Positions 10,858 through 20,528 of a stretch of 64,000 bases of DNA are shown here, one piece after another. Location of the stretch: IMG/VR virus record IMGVR_UViG_3300008267_000092, positions 24,022-88,021 of that record; one strand, written 5' to 3'. Source of the stretch: a virus (lineage: Duplodnaviria; Heunggongvirae; Uroviricota; Caudoviricetes; Crassvirales). A program made the position numbers and the translations under genes. The notes below the pieces were generated by a model. It made no database searches. It was not told the DNA's origin and saw only the letters and a list, made by a program, of their open reading frames with translations. Each line of letters starts with the position of its first letter. Position 1 is the first letter of the stretch.

Positions 10858-11028
10858 TTATTTAATTTGTATCTTTAATTCGTCAACAATCATCCATTGA
10901 CAATCATTAGAATTAAGATTTACTTCTTCAGATTCTATAAAATCTTCACCATTTTCCCATATATTAATATCATAATCATAAACAAATACATCAGATGTTC
11001 TAAAATCTAAAATTATAATTTTTTTCAT
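10858..11028 (-). CDS. small hypothetical protein (56 aa), start overlaps thyX stop (ATGA)
   Basis: unlisted ORF read from reverse complement; translational-coupling geometry. Confidence 0.3.
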   Translation of the reverse strand: MKKIIILDFRTSDVFVYDYDINIWENGEDFIESEEVNLNSNDCQWMIVDELKIQIK

Positions 11029-11678
11029 AGTTTAAATGCGTTAATAGTGTGTTTAAATGGATTACCTTCTATATTCTTAACAAGTTCTAACATTTCTGTT
11101 ACTATATCCCTAGTTTCTTTTTGTGTGTCTTCTTTTAAACGAAGATTACACATGTGAAAAAATGCCAATAAACTACCAGTCCATATAAACTCAGTTTCTA
11201 AAGATAAAGGTAACACAGAACGAGCTTGTTCTTTTGATATACCTAAATCAAGCAAGTCTATGTACGCTTTTTTACACCACTCTATAACTTTAGATTGTAT
11301 TTGCTTAGCGTGTTCATTATCAGCACCGTTTAAATTTTCTCCTGAACCTTGCTTACTACTTTTTGACTGTAATCTAAATTGTTCAATCTTATAGTAACTA
11401 TCTGAGAAATCCACATAACGACCTGATATACTATTTACAGAAATACCTACTTGATGTTTATGCAATTGTCTTTCTACATATATAGGACATTTAATCCTAA
11501 ATTGTAGTTGGGGATGTCTAAATGGACTTGTGTGTTTGTGATTTACTAAATAGTTAATTAATTTAGCATTTTGTTCTTCTTCATAGTTAGAAGACTCTTT
11601 TCCGTAGCTAACACGAGCTACATTTGAAACCATTTCATCACTTCCATAATGTGATAACAGTTCTACTGTATTATTCAT
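11025..11678 (-). CDS. thyX: flavin-dependent thymidylate synthase ThyX
   Basis: ARVSYGK N-terminal motif, RHPQ...S, SVNSISGRYVDF (ThyX S-x-R-Y signature). Confidence 0.8.
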   Translation of the reverse strand: MNNTVELLSHYGSDEMVSNVARVSYGKESSNYEEEQNAKLINYLVNHKHTSPFRHPQLQFRIKCPIYVERQLHKHQVGISVNSISGRYVDFSDSYYKIEQFRLQSKSSKQGSGENLNGADNEHAKQIQSKVIEWCKKAYIDLLDLGISKEQARSVLPLSLETEFIWTGSLLAFFHMCNLRLKEDTQKETRDIVTEMLELVKNIEGNPFKHTINAFKL

Positions 11679-11937
11679 TTAAATATTTTTTAGTTAATAA
11701 CCAGTCTATCTCTTCAATATTCCAAATTTTACATTCAGTATCAATACTTGTAACATATCTTAAAGTACACAATAATTGACCAAATCGCATATCTGGATAT
11801 TTTAACCATTCTTCTTTTACATGCTTGTAGTGTTTTAAAAATTTACGATATAACACTTCATCATCTGTAAATTCTAAAAATATAGATTTCCGTCTAAATA
11901 ATATTAGACATTTTGGTATTCTTTCAATATCTCTCAT
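11671..11937 (-). CDS. hypothetical protein
   Basis: ORF in operon context. Confidence 0.4.
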   Translation of the reverse strand: MRDIERIPKCLILFRRKSIFLEFTDDEVLYRKFLKHYKHVKEEWLKYPDMRFGQLLCTLRYVTSIDTECKIWNIEEIDWLLTKKYLNE

Positions 11938-12278
11938 TAAAAAGGTAGTTTTTGATTTTCAATCTTATCTATTATAGATGCTTTCTCTAAAATTAAATAG
12001 TTAATTGCGTCACCATATTTTTCATTAAGTAAATCTATAGAAGGTAATTTACCATTCTTAACATCATTTCTAATATCTTGTATTGAAATAATATGTTTTA
12101 AAGCCATACCGTAGATTATTTCTTCTCTACTTGATACATTATTAGACATTGCAACCCCTACATCAAAATTATGTAAAGGGTTGTTATTTCTACGATATTC
12201 TTTAGCTTTAATACTTAACACTTCTTTAATACTATCACAAATATTATCTACTTCGTGGTCAAATCTTTTTTCTGTCAT
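11937..12278 (-). CDS. hypothetical protein
   Basis: ORF in operon context, overlapping start/stop with neighbours. Confidence 0.4.
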   Translation of the reverse strand: MTEKRFDHEVDNICDSIKEVLSIKAKEYRRNNNPLHNFDVGVAMSNNVSSREEIIYGMALKHIISIQDIRNDVKNGKLPSIDLLNEKYGDAINYLILEKASIIDKIENQKLPF

Positions 12279-12469
12279 TTATTTAAATTATTTTTATTAT
12301 TATGTACTTCTTTTTCCATAATTTTATAAAAGGCTTCAATTTTGTCAATTTCATTTTGACAATTATCACAATATAATTTATCTACTTTTTTACCAGTAGC
12401 TATAATTGTACGACATCTGTTACAAATTGTAGCTCCATTACCATTGTTAAATTTATATATTGGTGTCAT
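12275..12469 (-). CDS. small zinc-ribbon protein
   Basis: CNRCRT...CDNCQ (two CxxC pairs). Confidence 0.4.
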   Translation of the reverse strand: MTPIYKFNNGNGATICNRCRTIIATGKKVDKLYCDNCQNEIDKIEAFYKIMEKEVHNNKNNLNK

Positions 12470-13143
12470 ATTTCTAATATATTACCGTTACTTGTTAATT
12501 TTCCAAATTTACCATCAGTAACTACACTACCATTACTAAAAATAGTTGGATAATTTGATAATTTTAACGTACCTGCATTTATAATATCTTCAGTATTATG
12601 AATATGACCAAAGCATACTAATTTAGGTTTAATTCTACCCAATATGTGCGTTTTAAGTGCATTACAACCACAATATTCTAAAACACCTTCTCTACTATAG
12701 GATAAATCTAATATTCCTTTAGGAGGTCCGTGAACGACAAATATGTCAACATCATCGTCCACTTTCTCCCAAACTTTATTAATCTTACTACGGTCTTTCA
12801 TGAAAGCCCAGTTACCAAATTGTGGTGTATGTGGTGAACCAAATATTTTAATCCCCTCAATAGTCACATAATCATTTTCTAAATAAATAATATTGTAAGC
12901 TTCAAAATCTTTTTTAGTTATTAAACCTTTTTCAATACTGGTATCATGATTACCTGCAACATATATTTTATGTTTAATTGGTAATGATTTAAACCAGTGA
13001 ATAAAATCTCTTACTTCAGGTTCATTAGTGTAGGGATCTCGTGGATTACTACAATCACCAGAGTGTATAATAACATCACAGGATTCGTCTATTTTTATTA
13101 ATGTGTGATAAGAGTGTGTATCACTGATGTGATGTATTTTCAT
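12466..13143 (-). CDS. calcineurin-like metallophosphoesterase
   Basis: HISDTH, GDCSNPRD, GNHD, GHIH motifs in canonical order. Confidence 0.7.
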   Translation of the reverse strand: MKIHHISDTHSYHTLIKIDESCDVIIHSGDCSNPRDPYTNEPEVRDFIHWFKSLPIKHKIYVAGNHDTSIEKGLITKKDFEAYNIIYLENDYVTIEGIKIFGSPHTPQFGNWAFMKDRSKINKVWEKVDDDVDIFVVHGPPKGILDLSYSREGVLEYCGCNALKTHILGRIKPKLVCFGHIHNTEDIINAGTLKLSNYPTIFSNGSVVTDGKFGKLTSNGNILEI

Positions 13144-13296
13144 TTTTAACTTTTTTATAAATTAATATTATTATTAAAATTAAAACAATTCCTGACAGAA
13201 TTCTATTTTCTATCGGGAGAGCTTCAACACATGATGGGTGATTAGGACGGGTTGTACACCAACATTCTGTTTTTGGAAGACAAGGAGGTTTCATAA
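13144..13296 (-). CDS. small Cys-rich membrane protein (~50 aa), unlisted
   Basis: MKPPCLPKTECWCTTRPNHPSCVEA + hydrophobic helix ILSGIVLILIIILIY; read from reverse complement. Confidence 0.3.
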
Positions 13297-14016
13297 TTAC
13301 ATTAAGTTTAATTTATTAACATATTCATCTATTCCAAAATTATGAATTTGACTAGAAGTTTTTATATTTAATTCATCATAATTAATTTTATGAAATTCAA
13401 CTTTATTAAGATTGTTGTAAAATCTTAAAATTGGAGATTTCATAAAATTATCATCATCAATAAAACACTTATGTTTTTTAATCATATTCACCACATCTTC
13501 ATCATTGACTGATTCATTATCAACATTGAAAAAGCATCTAATAATCAATGTGTAAACACTAATTAGTGCTGTAGTTTTATTCCAATATGCAGGAACTTTA
13601 AAAATTAACACATCTTCATCTACTGTAATTAATGTTTTGTTTTTTAAATTTAACACGTCTTCAATTTTATTTATAAATAATTGTAAATTGACATAATTAC
13701 TTATTAAAATTTCAGAAGCTTTACTTTTAGGTGTCCAGTTAGTATCACTTTTAAAATTTAAAGTATTTACTCCTAAATAAAAGTATTGTTTACGATTAAA
13801 ACAATTTAAAAGTTTATGATTATAACCATAAACACTACCTATTTCTTTTTTAGTATGTTCAACATAACTAAAATCATTTAAATAATCTCTACATGCTGTA
13901 AAAGGTAAATATGTTTCGTAGTTAGATTTAATTTTATTTAAAATTGTAAAACCTATACCAAAACTTCTACCTTCATTTAATTTACTCCTTTTTTGTAATT
14001 CTTTAATTTTTTTCAT
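13297..14016 (-). CDS. hypothetical protein
   Basis: 239 aa ORF overlapping helicase gene start. Confidence 0.45.
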   Translation of the reverse strand: MKKIKELQKRSKLNEGRSFGIGFTILNKIKSNYETYLPFTACRDYLNDFSYVEHTKKEIGSVYGYNHKLLNCFNRKQYFYLGVNTLNFKSDTNWTPKSKASEILISNYVNLQLFINKIEDVLNLKNKTLITVDEDVLIFKVPAYWNKTTALISVYTLIIRCFFNVDNESVNDEDVVNMIKKHKCFIDDDNFMKSPILRFYNNLNKVEFHKINYDELNIKTSSQIHNFGIDEYVNKLNLM

Positions 14017-15205
14017 TTTCTACATATTTTTTAATACATTCGTCAACATCTTTACAATACACAAATGTAAAGTCTGTTAAATTTTCAATCATTTTTGAAA
14101 ACCACACTTCTTCTTGTGTGTCTTTAGTTAATAATATAAACGCACTACCTACTTTATCTTTATTTTTACGCATTCGACCTAATCTTTGAATAATATCCTT
14201 TTCAGAACTATAATAAGACATCAATACACAATTATCTAAGTTCTTTAAATTGGCTCCCTGAAGAAGCTTTTTAAATGAACCGATAGTATTTATCTTACCA
14301 CTATCAAAGTTAGCTCTAATGGCTTTATTTTGATCCTCAGAGTATCTTGATGATACTGTATTACTTGTTATTTTTAATAATGAATCTAAACTATTACCAA
14401 ACACGATTGTTTGACCTTTAAGATATGTTAATAGTTTAGTAACTGTTCCTATTTTAGATGGTAAATTAAATAGTAAACTACTTCGTTTAGTAGATGTAAC
14501 TCTAATCTTTAAAGACTTTAGTTCTTGGTCTTCAATAAACCAAGATTTCTTATGTTCTCTATCCCAATAATCGTAAGCACTTTTTTCTGTTTGAAAGAAT
14601 TTCTTTTTAGCACTTCCTGCTTCAATAGTTTTATTTACAGCATCTAATTCTTGATAGATTACATAAATATTTAATTCTCTACCAATACCATCTTTTTTAG
14701 CTTGTTCTAACGTGTATGTAAAACATACAGGTGCAATATTATCTAATAACTCACCTTTTGTAAACGTATTAAAACCTTCTTGATAAGATGTAGTTCTATT
14801 TATTGTTGCAGATAATCCTACAATTGCGTCATAATGATTATTTAAAAAGAATTTACTATATTCAGGAGATAATGCAAAATGCAATTCATCCGCAATTACT
14901 AATCCAAAATCATAATTTTCTAACTTATAAACACCTTGATATGTTTTAAATTTTAAATTATAGTCTTTAAATACGTCCTTATTAAACAGTTCTTTATATA
15001 GTGTAATATCATCTAACAAATCCTTTTCTCGCTCAATAGTTTCTGCTAAAAATAAATGTAATTTACCGTCTTTTTTAGGCATTGTGTAGAGACAGTGCAA
15101 TGCTGCGATGGTTTTACCTGTACCTGTAGCGAGTTCTAATGTACCTTTTTTATTATTGTTAAGCCATGCAGTTACGCTTTGCTCTTGAATATCATTTCTT
15201 GTCAT
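14003..15205 (-). CDS. superfamily-2 DEAD/DEAH-box-like helicase
   Basis: ATGTGKT (motif I), ADELH (II), SAT (III), QRLGRMRK (VI). Confidence 0.7.
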   Translation of the reverse strand: MTRNDIQEQSVTAWLNNNKKGTLELATGTGKTIAALHCLYTMPKKDGKLHLFLAETIEREKDLLDDITLYKELFNKDVFKDYNLKFKTYQGVYKLENYDFGLVIADELHFALSPEYSKFFLNNHYDAIVGLSATINRTTSYQEGFNTFTKGELLDNIAPVCFTYTLEQAKKDGIGRELNIYVIYQELDAVNKTIEAGSAKKKFFQTEKSAYDYWDREHKKSWFIEDQELKSLKIRVTSTKRSSLLFNLPSKIGTVTKLLTYLKGQTIVFGNSLDSLLKITSNTVSSRYSEDQNKAIRANFDSGKINTIGSFKKLLQGANLKNLDNCVLMSYYSSEKDIIQRLGRMRKNKDKVGSAFILLTKDTQEEVWFSKMIENLTDFTFVYCKDVDECIKKYVENEKN

Positions 15206-15316
15206 TTATTTTATATAAATCCCTCTTACAGTCGATCTTAATGGGTATTTCAGGGTTTCTGAGAGGGATTAATTTAACTTACTACAAACCCTTTTTCAGT
15301 TATAATTTATTTAAAC

Positions 15317-17044
15317 TTATCCTTCACACATTACACATTCAGAATATAAATCTCTTTGTTGTGCAGAATCTGCTCTCAAATTAGATTCACTTCTAAAATA
15401 ATAAAGTGATTTTAAACCAACTTCCCATGCTCTATAATGTACTAAATTAATAAATTTAGCGGGAGCATCTTGTGAAAATGCTAAATTTATAGATTGTCCT
15501 TGATCTAAATATTGTTGTCTAAGACCCGCTTGATTTACCAATTCTAATTGGTTAATTTCCTTAAATGTTCTGAAAACTTCTTTTTCTTCATCTGATAAAC
15601 ATCGTACATTTACCACAGAACCTTTATCTTCAATGATTTGGTCCCATACTTCAGGAATATTACGTTCTTTACGTTCAAGTAATTTTACTAATTCAGGATT
15701 TCTTCTAATATGTAAACCTTTAGCATCGTCATCAACATAAATGTTTGCTGCGATTGGTTCTACACCTTGTGATAAACCACCTGCAAGTTTTGATGAGCTT
15801 CTGTTAGGTGCAATTGCAAGTAGTGTAAGATTTCTTTTACCTGTACCTTTACACCATTCTGGTTCTCCATATATTTCAGCTAATTCTTTAGATGCTTCCT
15901 CAGCTTGACTACGAATCTGACCAAATATTTTATTAGTTTGACCATTTGCATATATCGAAATAAAAGGAATATTTTTAGATTGTAAATATGTATGATAACC
16001 TAATGTCCCTAAACCTAATGCTCTACTTTTAATTGCAAATCTTGTAGCATCTTCAATACCTTTAATATGTTGTGATTTTTGAATAAATTCTTCAATTACA
16101 GCATCTAGAAAATAAGTTGCTAATTTTACAGTGTTTGTATCTTTCCATTCATCAAATTTGTATAAATTTAACGAACTTAAACAACATACTAATGTGTGTT
16201 CACCGTCTGTTGGTAAAAATATTTCACTGCAAAGATTTGAATGTTTAATTTTTAAATTGTTTCTTTGCCAATTTTCAGGTAAATTACGATTTGCATTGTC
16301 AATAAACATCACATAAGGTTCACCTGTTTTAACACGTTTTTTAAGTGTGTCAGTCCATAATTTACGTTCACGACCATCTGATGCTTTTACAGCACGCATA
16401 AAGTTATCTGTAACTACTGCACCTTGATGAATATTATGACATTGTCTATTAATATCACCTTTAGGTTCTCTAATTTCAAGAAAATCAGGATATTCTTTAT
16501 GCTCAATGTCTAAATACATTGCTACAGCACCACGTCTTAATTTACCTTGTTTCGATGATATAATTGTACTATCGTAAGATTTCATAAATGGTATAATACC
16601 ATCAGATGTACCTAATTCACCATTTTTAATAGGTGTACCGATAGGTCGGACAGCACTAAAATCATATGCTGTACCTCCACCATGTTTAGATAACATACGC
16701 ATTTCCAATTCTTTACGTCCAATATCGTACATATCGTCAGGAACAACCCCACTAAAACATGAAATTGGTAATCCTTTATTTGTACCAAAACTAGACATTA
16801 CAGGTGTTGAAGGTATTAACCAACCATTCCAAAATATAGTAAAGAAATCCTCATATAATGCATCGTTATTTAAAAAATGACATGCTGTTTTAGCTAGTCT
16901 TTCATACGCGATACGAGGTGTTTCATTTTTTTGAAGATAACCTCCTTTTATAGTTGTTAAATATAAATCATTATTACCCCATTCAGGATAATCTTTTCCT
17001 ACATTCCATCCTAATTCTTTAGCTATCTTATGTTCTTCAATCAT
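15317..17044 (-). CDS. nrdA: ribonucleotide reductase large subunit (class I, no ATP-cone)
   Basis: NLCSEI, CCLSSLNL, YYFRSE, C-terminal CVMCEG (CxxC tail). Confidence 0.85.
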   Translation of the reverse strand: MIEEHKIAKELGWNVGKDYPEWGNNDLYLTTIKGGYLQKNETPRIAYERLAKTACHFLNNDALYEDFFTIFWNGWLIPSTPVMSSFGTNKGLPISCFSGVVPDDMYDIGRKELEMRMLSKHGGGTAYDFSAVRPIGTPIKNGELGTSDGIIPFMKSYDSTIISSKQGKLRRGAVAMYLDIEHKEYPDFLEIREPKGDINRQCHNIHQGAVVTDNFMRAVKASDGRERKLWTDTLKKRVKTGEPYVMFIDNANRNLPENWQRNNLKIKHSNLCSEIFLPTDGEHTLVCCLSSLNLYKFDEWKDTNTVKLATYFLDAVIEEFIQKSQHIKGIEDATRFAIKSRALGLGTLGYHTYLQSKNIPFISIYANGQTNKIFGQIRSQAEEASKELAEIYGEPEWCKGTGKRNLTLLAIAPNRSSSKLAGGLSQGVEPIAANIYVDDDAKGLHIRRNPELVKLLERKERNIPEVWDQIIEDKGSVVNVRCLSDEEKEVFRTFKEINQLELVNQAGLRQQYLDQGQSINLAFSQDAPAKFINLVHYRAWEVGLKSLYYFRSESNLRADSAQQRDLYSECVMCEG

Positions 17045-17059
17045 ATATTATTTGTTTAA

Positions 17060-18019
17060 TTAAAATAAATCATCATTCCAATCCTCATTGGGTTTTGCAT
17101 AACCTGTTTCCCTATTAGCAAAAAAGTCTGTTTGCTGTTCACCTGAAATCATAATATAAAACCAACTCATCCTGTCTAATAACTCTTTATCTACAGCATA
17201 TTTAGGTTTTAAATTTAATTCTACAAGCTTTCTATTAGCTCTATCATACATAAAATTCTTCAATTCGTCTTTAGTTATTGTATCTAAATCACCCATTTCA
17301 AAAATCTTATTAATGTATGAGAACTCGTTACGAATTGCTAATTCTACACCTTCATATAAATCAGCACGTAATTTATCTGTCCATAATTCAGGATTTTCTT
17401 CAATAACCGTTCTAAATAATTTACATCCTGCTTCAGAGTGTAATGACTCATCACGACACGAAAAAATCATTTGCTGACCTATTCCTGTTAAACGGTTAGA
17501 TCTTCTAAATGATAGTAATACTGCAAACGAACTAAATAATTGAACACCTTCAGCACACGCACTAAATAGAGCAATGCTTTTTACAATTTCAGATAAATCT
17601 GTAGTATTAGGGTTTATAGACATTAAAACTTTAAGTTTATTCATTATAGTTTCATCTTCGAGAAACGCTTCAAAATCATCTAAACCTAATGTATCATTTA
17701 AATAACTATATGCTGTAGCATGAATATCTTCCCATGAACCAAAACCTTTAGACATCATTTTAATTTCAGGTATGGGGAACCATTTTGGAACATACGATGA
17801 CCAATAATCACCTACTTCACATTCCGTTTGAGTAAACCCTTTAAGAATATTACCAATAACGTTTTTTTCATTTTCGTTAAGATTTTCATTCCAATCTTTA
17901 ACATCTTGTTGCATGTTAATTTCTGTATGTAACCAATGTGCATTTTGCTGTGCAAACCAATAATCATAAGCCCACTGATATTCAAAAGGTTTAAAAGCTA
18001 TTCTTTTTTTATTTATCAT
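17060..18019 (-). CDS. nrdB: ribonucleotide reductase small subunit
   Basis: ferritin-like diiron motifs (DESLHSEAG), C-terminal aromatic tail ...WNDDLF; adjacent to nrdA. Confidence 0.8.
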   Translation of the reverse strand: MINKKRIAFKPFEYQWAYDYWFAQQNAHWLHTEINMQQDVKDWNENLNENEKNVIGNILKGFTQTECEVGDYWSSYVPKWFPIPEIKMMSKGFGSWEDIHATAYSYLNDTLGLDDFEAFLEDETIMNKLKVLMSINPNTTDLSEIVKSIALFSACAEGVQLFSSFAVLLSFRRSNRLTGIGQQMIFSCRDESLHSEAGCKLFRTVIEENPELWTDKLRADLYEGVELAIRNEFSYINKIFEMGDLDTITKDELKNFMYDRANRKLVELNLKPKYAVDKELLDRMSWFYIMISGEQQTDFFANRETGYAKPNEDWNDDLF

Positions 18020-18028
18020 AAATATTTA

Positions 18029-18457
18029 TTAGTTAGTACTACCGTATCCACCCTGACCTCGTTCAGTATTTGATAATTCTTCAACTTCTTCAAATATAAC
18101 ACTTGGATAAGGTATTATTATTAGTTGTGCAAATCTATCACCGACGTTGTACACATCTGTATTAGGGATAGCTTTAAATCTAGCTTTAATAGAGCCTCTA
18201 TATCCAGAATCTATAACTCCTACAGAATTACTCATTATTAAACCTTTATCAGATATACTACTTCTCGGATAAAGTAATCCTACATATCCTTCAGGTATTT
18301 CAATTGCTAAACCTGAATCGTATTCAATATAACCATAAGTTTTATGATCTTCAATACTTACAGATATTGCTGTCAAATCTAATCCTGCATCTCCAGGTTT
18401 TGCATATTTAGGTATAACACTATTAAAATGTAACCTTTTTATTTTTACATTAATCAT
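18029..18457 (-). CDS. dut: dUTP diphosphatase
   Basis: GDAGLDL, GVIDSGYRGSI, RGQGGYGSTN motifs. Confidence 0.85.
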   Translation of the reverse strand: MINVKIKRLHFNSVIPKYAKPGDAGLDLTAISVSIEDHKTYGYIEYDSGLAIEIPEGYVGLLYPRSSISDKGLIMSNSVGVIDSGYRGSIKARFKAIPNTDVYNVGDRFAQLIIIPYPSVIFEEVEELSNTERGQGGYGSTN

Positions 18458-19002
18458 TGTACATTAATTGTTTCGTTTTTAATGTCAATTGCATCACCTA
18501 ATTCTGAATTGTCATCAAGTTTAACCTTCAATTTCTTTTCAAGATCTTCTTTTAGACGTTTATCCTTATATAATATTTTTTTAACACTTAATACAAAGTT
18601 AACACCTACATGATTTTTACCATATATTTCTGTCCAAAAAGATAAAATTTGTTGTTTAGCATCTTCTTTAAATTCTGAATATCTACCGTCAATAAAGGAT
18701 CTGTATTCATGTAAATATTCTTTAGGGAATTTGAATATGTATAACACTTGATTGTTAGGTAGATCTATTGATTTTTGAAACAATTCATTATTTATTAAAC
18801 GATGCTCATACGCTGTAAATTCAGGATTTTTAAATTCAAAATCATGTGTTATAAAAAAACAATCAATGTAATCATCACCGTCATTTATTAAATATGTATT
18901 ATCAACATTATCAAAAAACTTTTTTTCAATACCTATTAAAGGTGCAATTAGTGGTAAGAGATATGTCTTACTCTTATTATATTTAGGTTTACTCATTAAC
19001 AT
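18454..19002 (-). CDS. hypothetical protein
   Basis: 182 aa ORF. Confidence 0.4.
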   Translation of the reverse strand: MLMSKPKYNKSKTYLLPLIAPLIGIEKKFFDNVDNTYLINDGDDYIDCFFITHDFEFKNPEFTAYEHRLINNELFQKSIDLPNNQVLYIFKFPKEYLHEYRSFIDGRYSEFKEDAKQQILSFWTEIYGKNHVGVNFVLSVKKILYKDKRLKEDLEKKLKVKLDDNSELGDAIDIKNETINVQ

Positions 19003-20017
19003 CTATAAAATCATCATTTAAATTTAAACTTCCTTTATTTTCATATATTTCTTGAGCATAATCAAATTGATTTGTTTTCCAATGAAAATATATTTTTTCA
19101 ATATTCTCATTTAGACCTACATATTTAAAACCTGATCTCGTTTTAAAACCATTTATAGCTGCATCATACCATTTATCAGTTAATGTATATATAAACGGAA
19201 TGTTTTCAGATTTACCTAAGTAAATATATTTAAACGGTAATAATGTGTAATTTTTTAATTTAAATTGTTCACATATTTGATTAAATGCTAGTGTATATAC
19301 TGCTCCTTGATAATAGTATCTATAATCAATGAAACTTTTCATAAAACTTTCACCTTTACCTGAACCCGTTTTTAAATCGTAAAATTGTACGGTTTTATCG
19401 GTGTGATTAATTGTTAACTTATCAATATACCCTCTAAATACAAAATACATATACTTATTTTCAAAATATACCTGATAATGATTTTCTAAATCATTGTTAA
19501 ATATATCTTTAGAATGACTATGTGTAAGTAATGTATCTACAGCTAATTCCGCAGACGCATATTCTGAAGTTGTTACTACTAACTTATCTTTAATACTTAA
19601 TTTTGTTTTAACATATTCCCAAAATTCAGGTTTATCAAAGTTTGCAATTAATTTTACTTCATCTTTAACATTACTCCAAAATGTGTTATTTTTTACAATT
19701 TTTAAGACGGTTGTTAAATCTGGTGTACTATCATAATTCTCAATAATTATGTCGGCTAATTGACCTAACATTGCTGACGGTTTATTACCATTAAACAATG
19801 CATATTTATCATTAAACAATGTTGAACCCGTCATTCTATCTGTTAAAATATCATCAACTAATGAACCATGTTTAATACCTTCGTTTTCTACAAACGATCT
19901 TCTAATTAAAGCTTGAGGTCCATTTCTATCAAAATCAGACACTCTTGTGTAACTTAACTGTAAGTCTATTTTTTCAGTATCACTAAGTAGTGAATCTAAC
20001 TTACTTTCTATCTCCAT
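18989..20017 (-). CDS. PD-(D/E)xK RecB/Cas4-like nuclease
   Basis: GYIDKLT (motif II), FYDLKTGSG (D-x-K-T-G motif III), QGAVY (QxxxY). Confidence 0.55.
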   Translation of the reverse strand: MEIESKLDSLLSDTEKIDLQLSYTRVSDFDRNGPQALIRRSFVENEGIKHGSLVDDILTDRMTGSTLFNDKYALFNGNKPSAMLGQLADIIIENYDSTPDLTTVLKIVKNNTFWSNVKDEVKLIANFDKPEFWEYVKTKLSIKDKLVVTTSEYASAELAVDTLLTHSHSKDIFNNDLENHYQVYFENKYMYFVFRGYIDKLTINHTDKTVQFYDLKTGSGKGESFMKSFIDYRYYYQGAVYTLAFNQICEQFKLKNYTLLPFKYIYLGKSENIPFIYTLTDKWYDAAINGFKTRSGFKYVGLNENIEKIYFHWKTNQFDYAQEIYENKGSLNLNDDFIDVNE

Positions 20018-20020
20018 TTA

Positions 20021-20467
20021 TTAGTTTATTTTAATATACACACCAGATTTTTCTTTATCTATTGTGTAAGCGTGATTGTTAATTTTTAAAGGATATGGTA
20101 AAAGATATCTCATGTTGTCATCTTCAATAATATTGTGTGCAACCATTAAATCTTGTATAATTTGTGTTGCATTATTAAAGTCAAAATCTCTTTTACTATC
20201 TCTTACAAAATGAAAACCTACATCAAAAGGTTCCTTTTTACCTTTCATAGCTTTTTCAAATTGAGGTCTTAGTTTTTCAAACTCATTAGGTCTTGTAGCA
20301 TAACCTTTTACTGTCTTTTTACTAGAAGAGTATTGTTGAATGCCAAGTAATCTTAAATATTTAGTAACAGTTGTTGATGCAAAAATACCTCTTGAGGTTT
20401 TTATTTTACTATTTTTTAACGATGGTACGTTATATGGTATAAAAATTAAATTTTCATATTCATTCAT
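20021..20467 (-). CDS. hypothetical protein
   Basis: 148 aa ORF. Confidence 0.4.
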   Translation of the reverse strand: MNEYENLIFIPYNVPSLKNSKIKTSRGIFASTTVTKYLRLLGIQQYSSSKKTVKGYATRPNEFEKLRPQFEKAMKGKKEPFDVGFHFVRDSKRDFDFNNATQIIQDLMVAHNIIEDDNMRYLLPYPLKINNHAYTIDKEKSGVYIKIN

Positions 20468-20528
20468 TTATTTATTAGGTTAAAACTACACCCTGAAAAC
20501 AAGGTGTAGTTGATTTAATACAAAATTT

